In this document: positions 63,046-64,000 of the stretch, one piece after another
Numbering within the stretch: the first letter of the stretch is position 1
Layout: each line of letters starts with the position of its first letter
NCBI RefSeq assembly: GCF_963921235.1
Contig: NC_086097.1
Coordinates: forward strand, 250,172,001-250,236,000
Length of the DNA: 64,000 nt
From: Mobula hypostoma
Lineage: Eukaryota
Direction: 5' to 3'
The notes under the pieces: model-generated
Told to the model about the DNA's origin: nothing
Database searches by the model: none
The model's input: only the letters and a program-made list of their open reading frames with translations
Translations under genes and position numbers: made by a program

Positions 63046-64000
63046 GGTCAGCACAATATTGAGGGCTGAAGGGCCTGTACTGTGCTGTTCTTTTCGGCTT
63101 CCTTTTTTTCCTCAAACTGTCTCACTGTAAACATTCACAGACGTGGCTTGTTTTACACTGGCTTCAGTAAAACCCTGTAAAAGGAGAGTTTTGTGCTCAA
63201 GCAGATAGTCTCAAGGGACTGGCCATTCAAGACCAGGACGAAGTTTTACAGTGTTTGGCCTCTGAAATTTTCTACCCGAAATATTCATGATTACTGAATA
63301 ATTAGGTTTATTGCATCCTGGTGGTATTGAGAAATCTAAGGGAGGTGGAAGTTACTGGGAATGAGGACTGCGTGGTCGGGTGCTGGTTAGCACAACACTT
63401 TACAGGAGCCAACTGTAAGATCAGGGTTCGTTTCCTACTGCTGTCTCTGAGGAGTTTGTACATTTTCCCCGTGACCATGTGGATTTCCGCAACATCCTCC
63501 CGTTTCCTCCCATATTCCAAAGATGTATAGGTTAGAGTTTGTGAGTTGTGGGCACGCTGTGTTGGCCCTAGAAATGTGGTGATACTTGTGGTCTGCCAGG
63601 CACAATGCTGAGTTGATTTTGATGCCAAACGACACACTCTGCTGTGTGCTTCGATGTGCATGTGACAACGCTCAGCTCTCTTAAAATAAAATTGGCCATG
63701 CTCGTCTTCCATTGAGGTCAGGGGCAGCTAGCTCTGCTGTTATGACCTGTACTTATGTGTCATGCCAATGCAGGTTTTAGTTGGTCAGAGAGTTCAACCA
63801 TTTTCTGTATATAATTGAGCTACATTGCATAAAATTCTCTCTTTCAGCAAAAATTTGCATTGAATTTCATTCATCAAAACAATGTCAAAGTTGTTTAGCT
63901 TTTGAACTTTAACATTCCCTGTGACCCGCAATGCTAAGCTCCTTTCACCATTGCATTCCATAAGATATAGGGGCAGAATTAGGCCATTTGGCCCATCGAG

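Noticed and set aside
57285..64000. ENPP2 exon 11 (expected ...YSEQPD..GH.YGP)
   Set aside because: No matching sequence with splice sites found; presumably beyond the window.

Overview
Vertebrate genomic DNA, very repeat-rich. The mix of CR1/HER1-type LINEs, Rex1/Babar, Penelope-like elements, V-domain SINEs and Tc1/mariner derivatives suggests a cartilaginous fish, probably a ray (inference). The one host gene I can support is ENPP2 (autotaxin) on the + strand. It has a CpG-rich promoter (~25.3-26.8 kb) and coding exons 1-10 (25981-57284, 893 nt, all GT-AG and phase-compatible). These encode the signal peptide, two somatomedin-B domains and the first part of the catalytic domain, including the nucleophilic Thr. 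The gene continues past the window end. Nearly all ORFs in the supplied track are transposon debris. The most notable unannotated signal is a set of minimal type-I hammerhead ribozyme motifs (CTGANGA-stemII-GAAACGTH) in the 3' repeats of two Penelope-like families. Several copies form TSD-flanked fold-back insertions that pivot in or next to the ribozyme, including an 86-bp-arm double-hammerhead hairpin in ENPP2 intron 9. Other items: a 57-bp near-perfect palindrome in intron 2, autotaxin substitutions at the furin site and lipid pocket, and three DNA-transposon families with extra-TIR architecture. Repeat boundaries are approximate unless a junction is quoted. Comparisons to human ENPP2 and to repeat families are from memory, not from a search.
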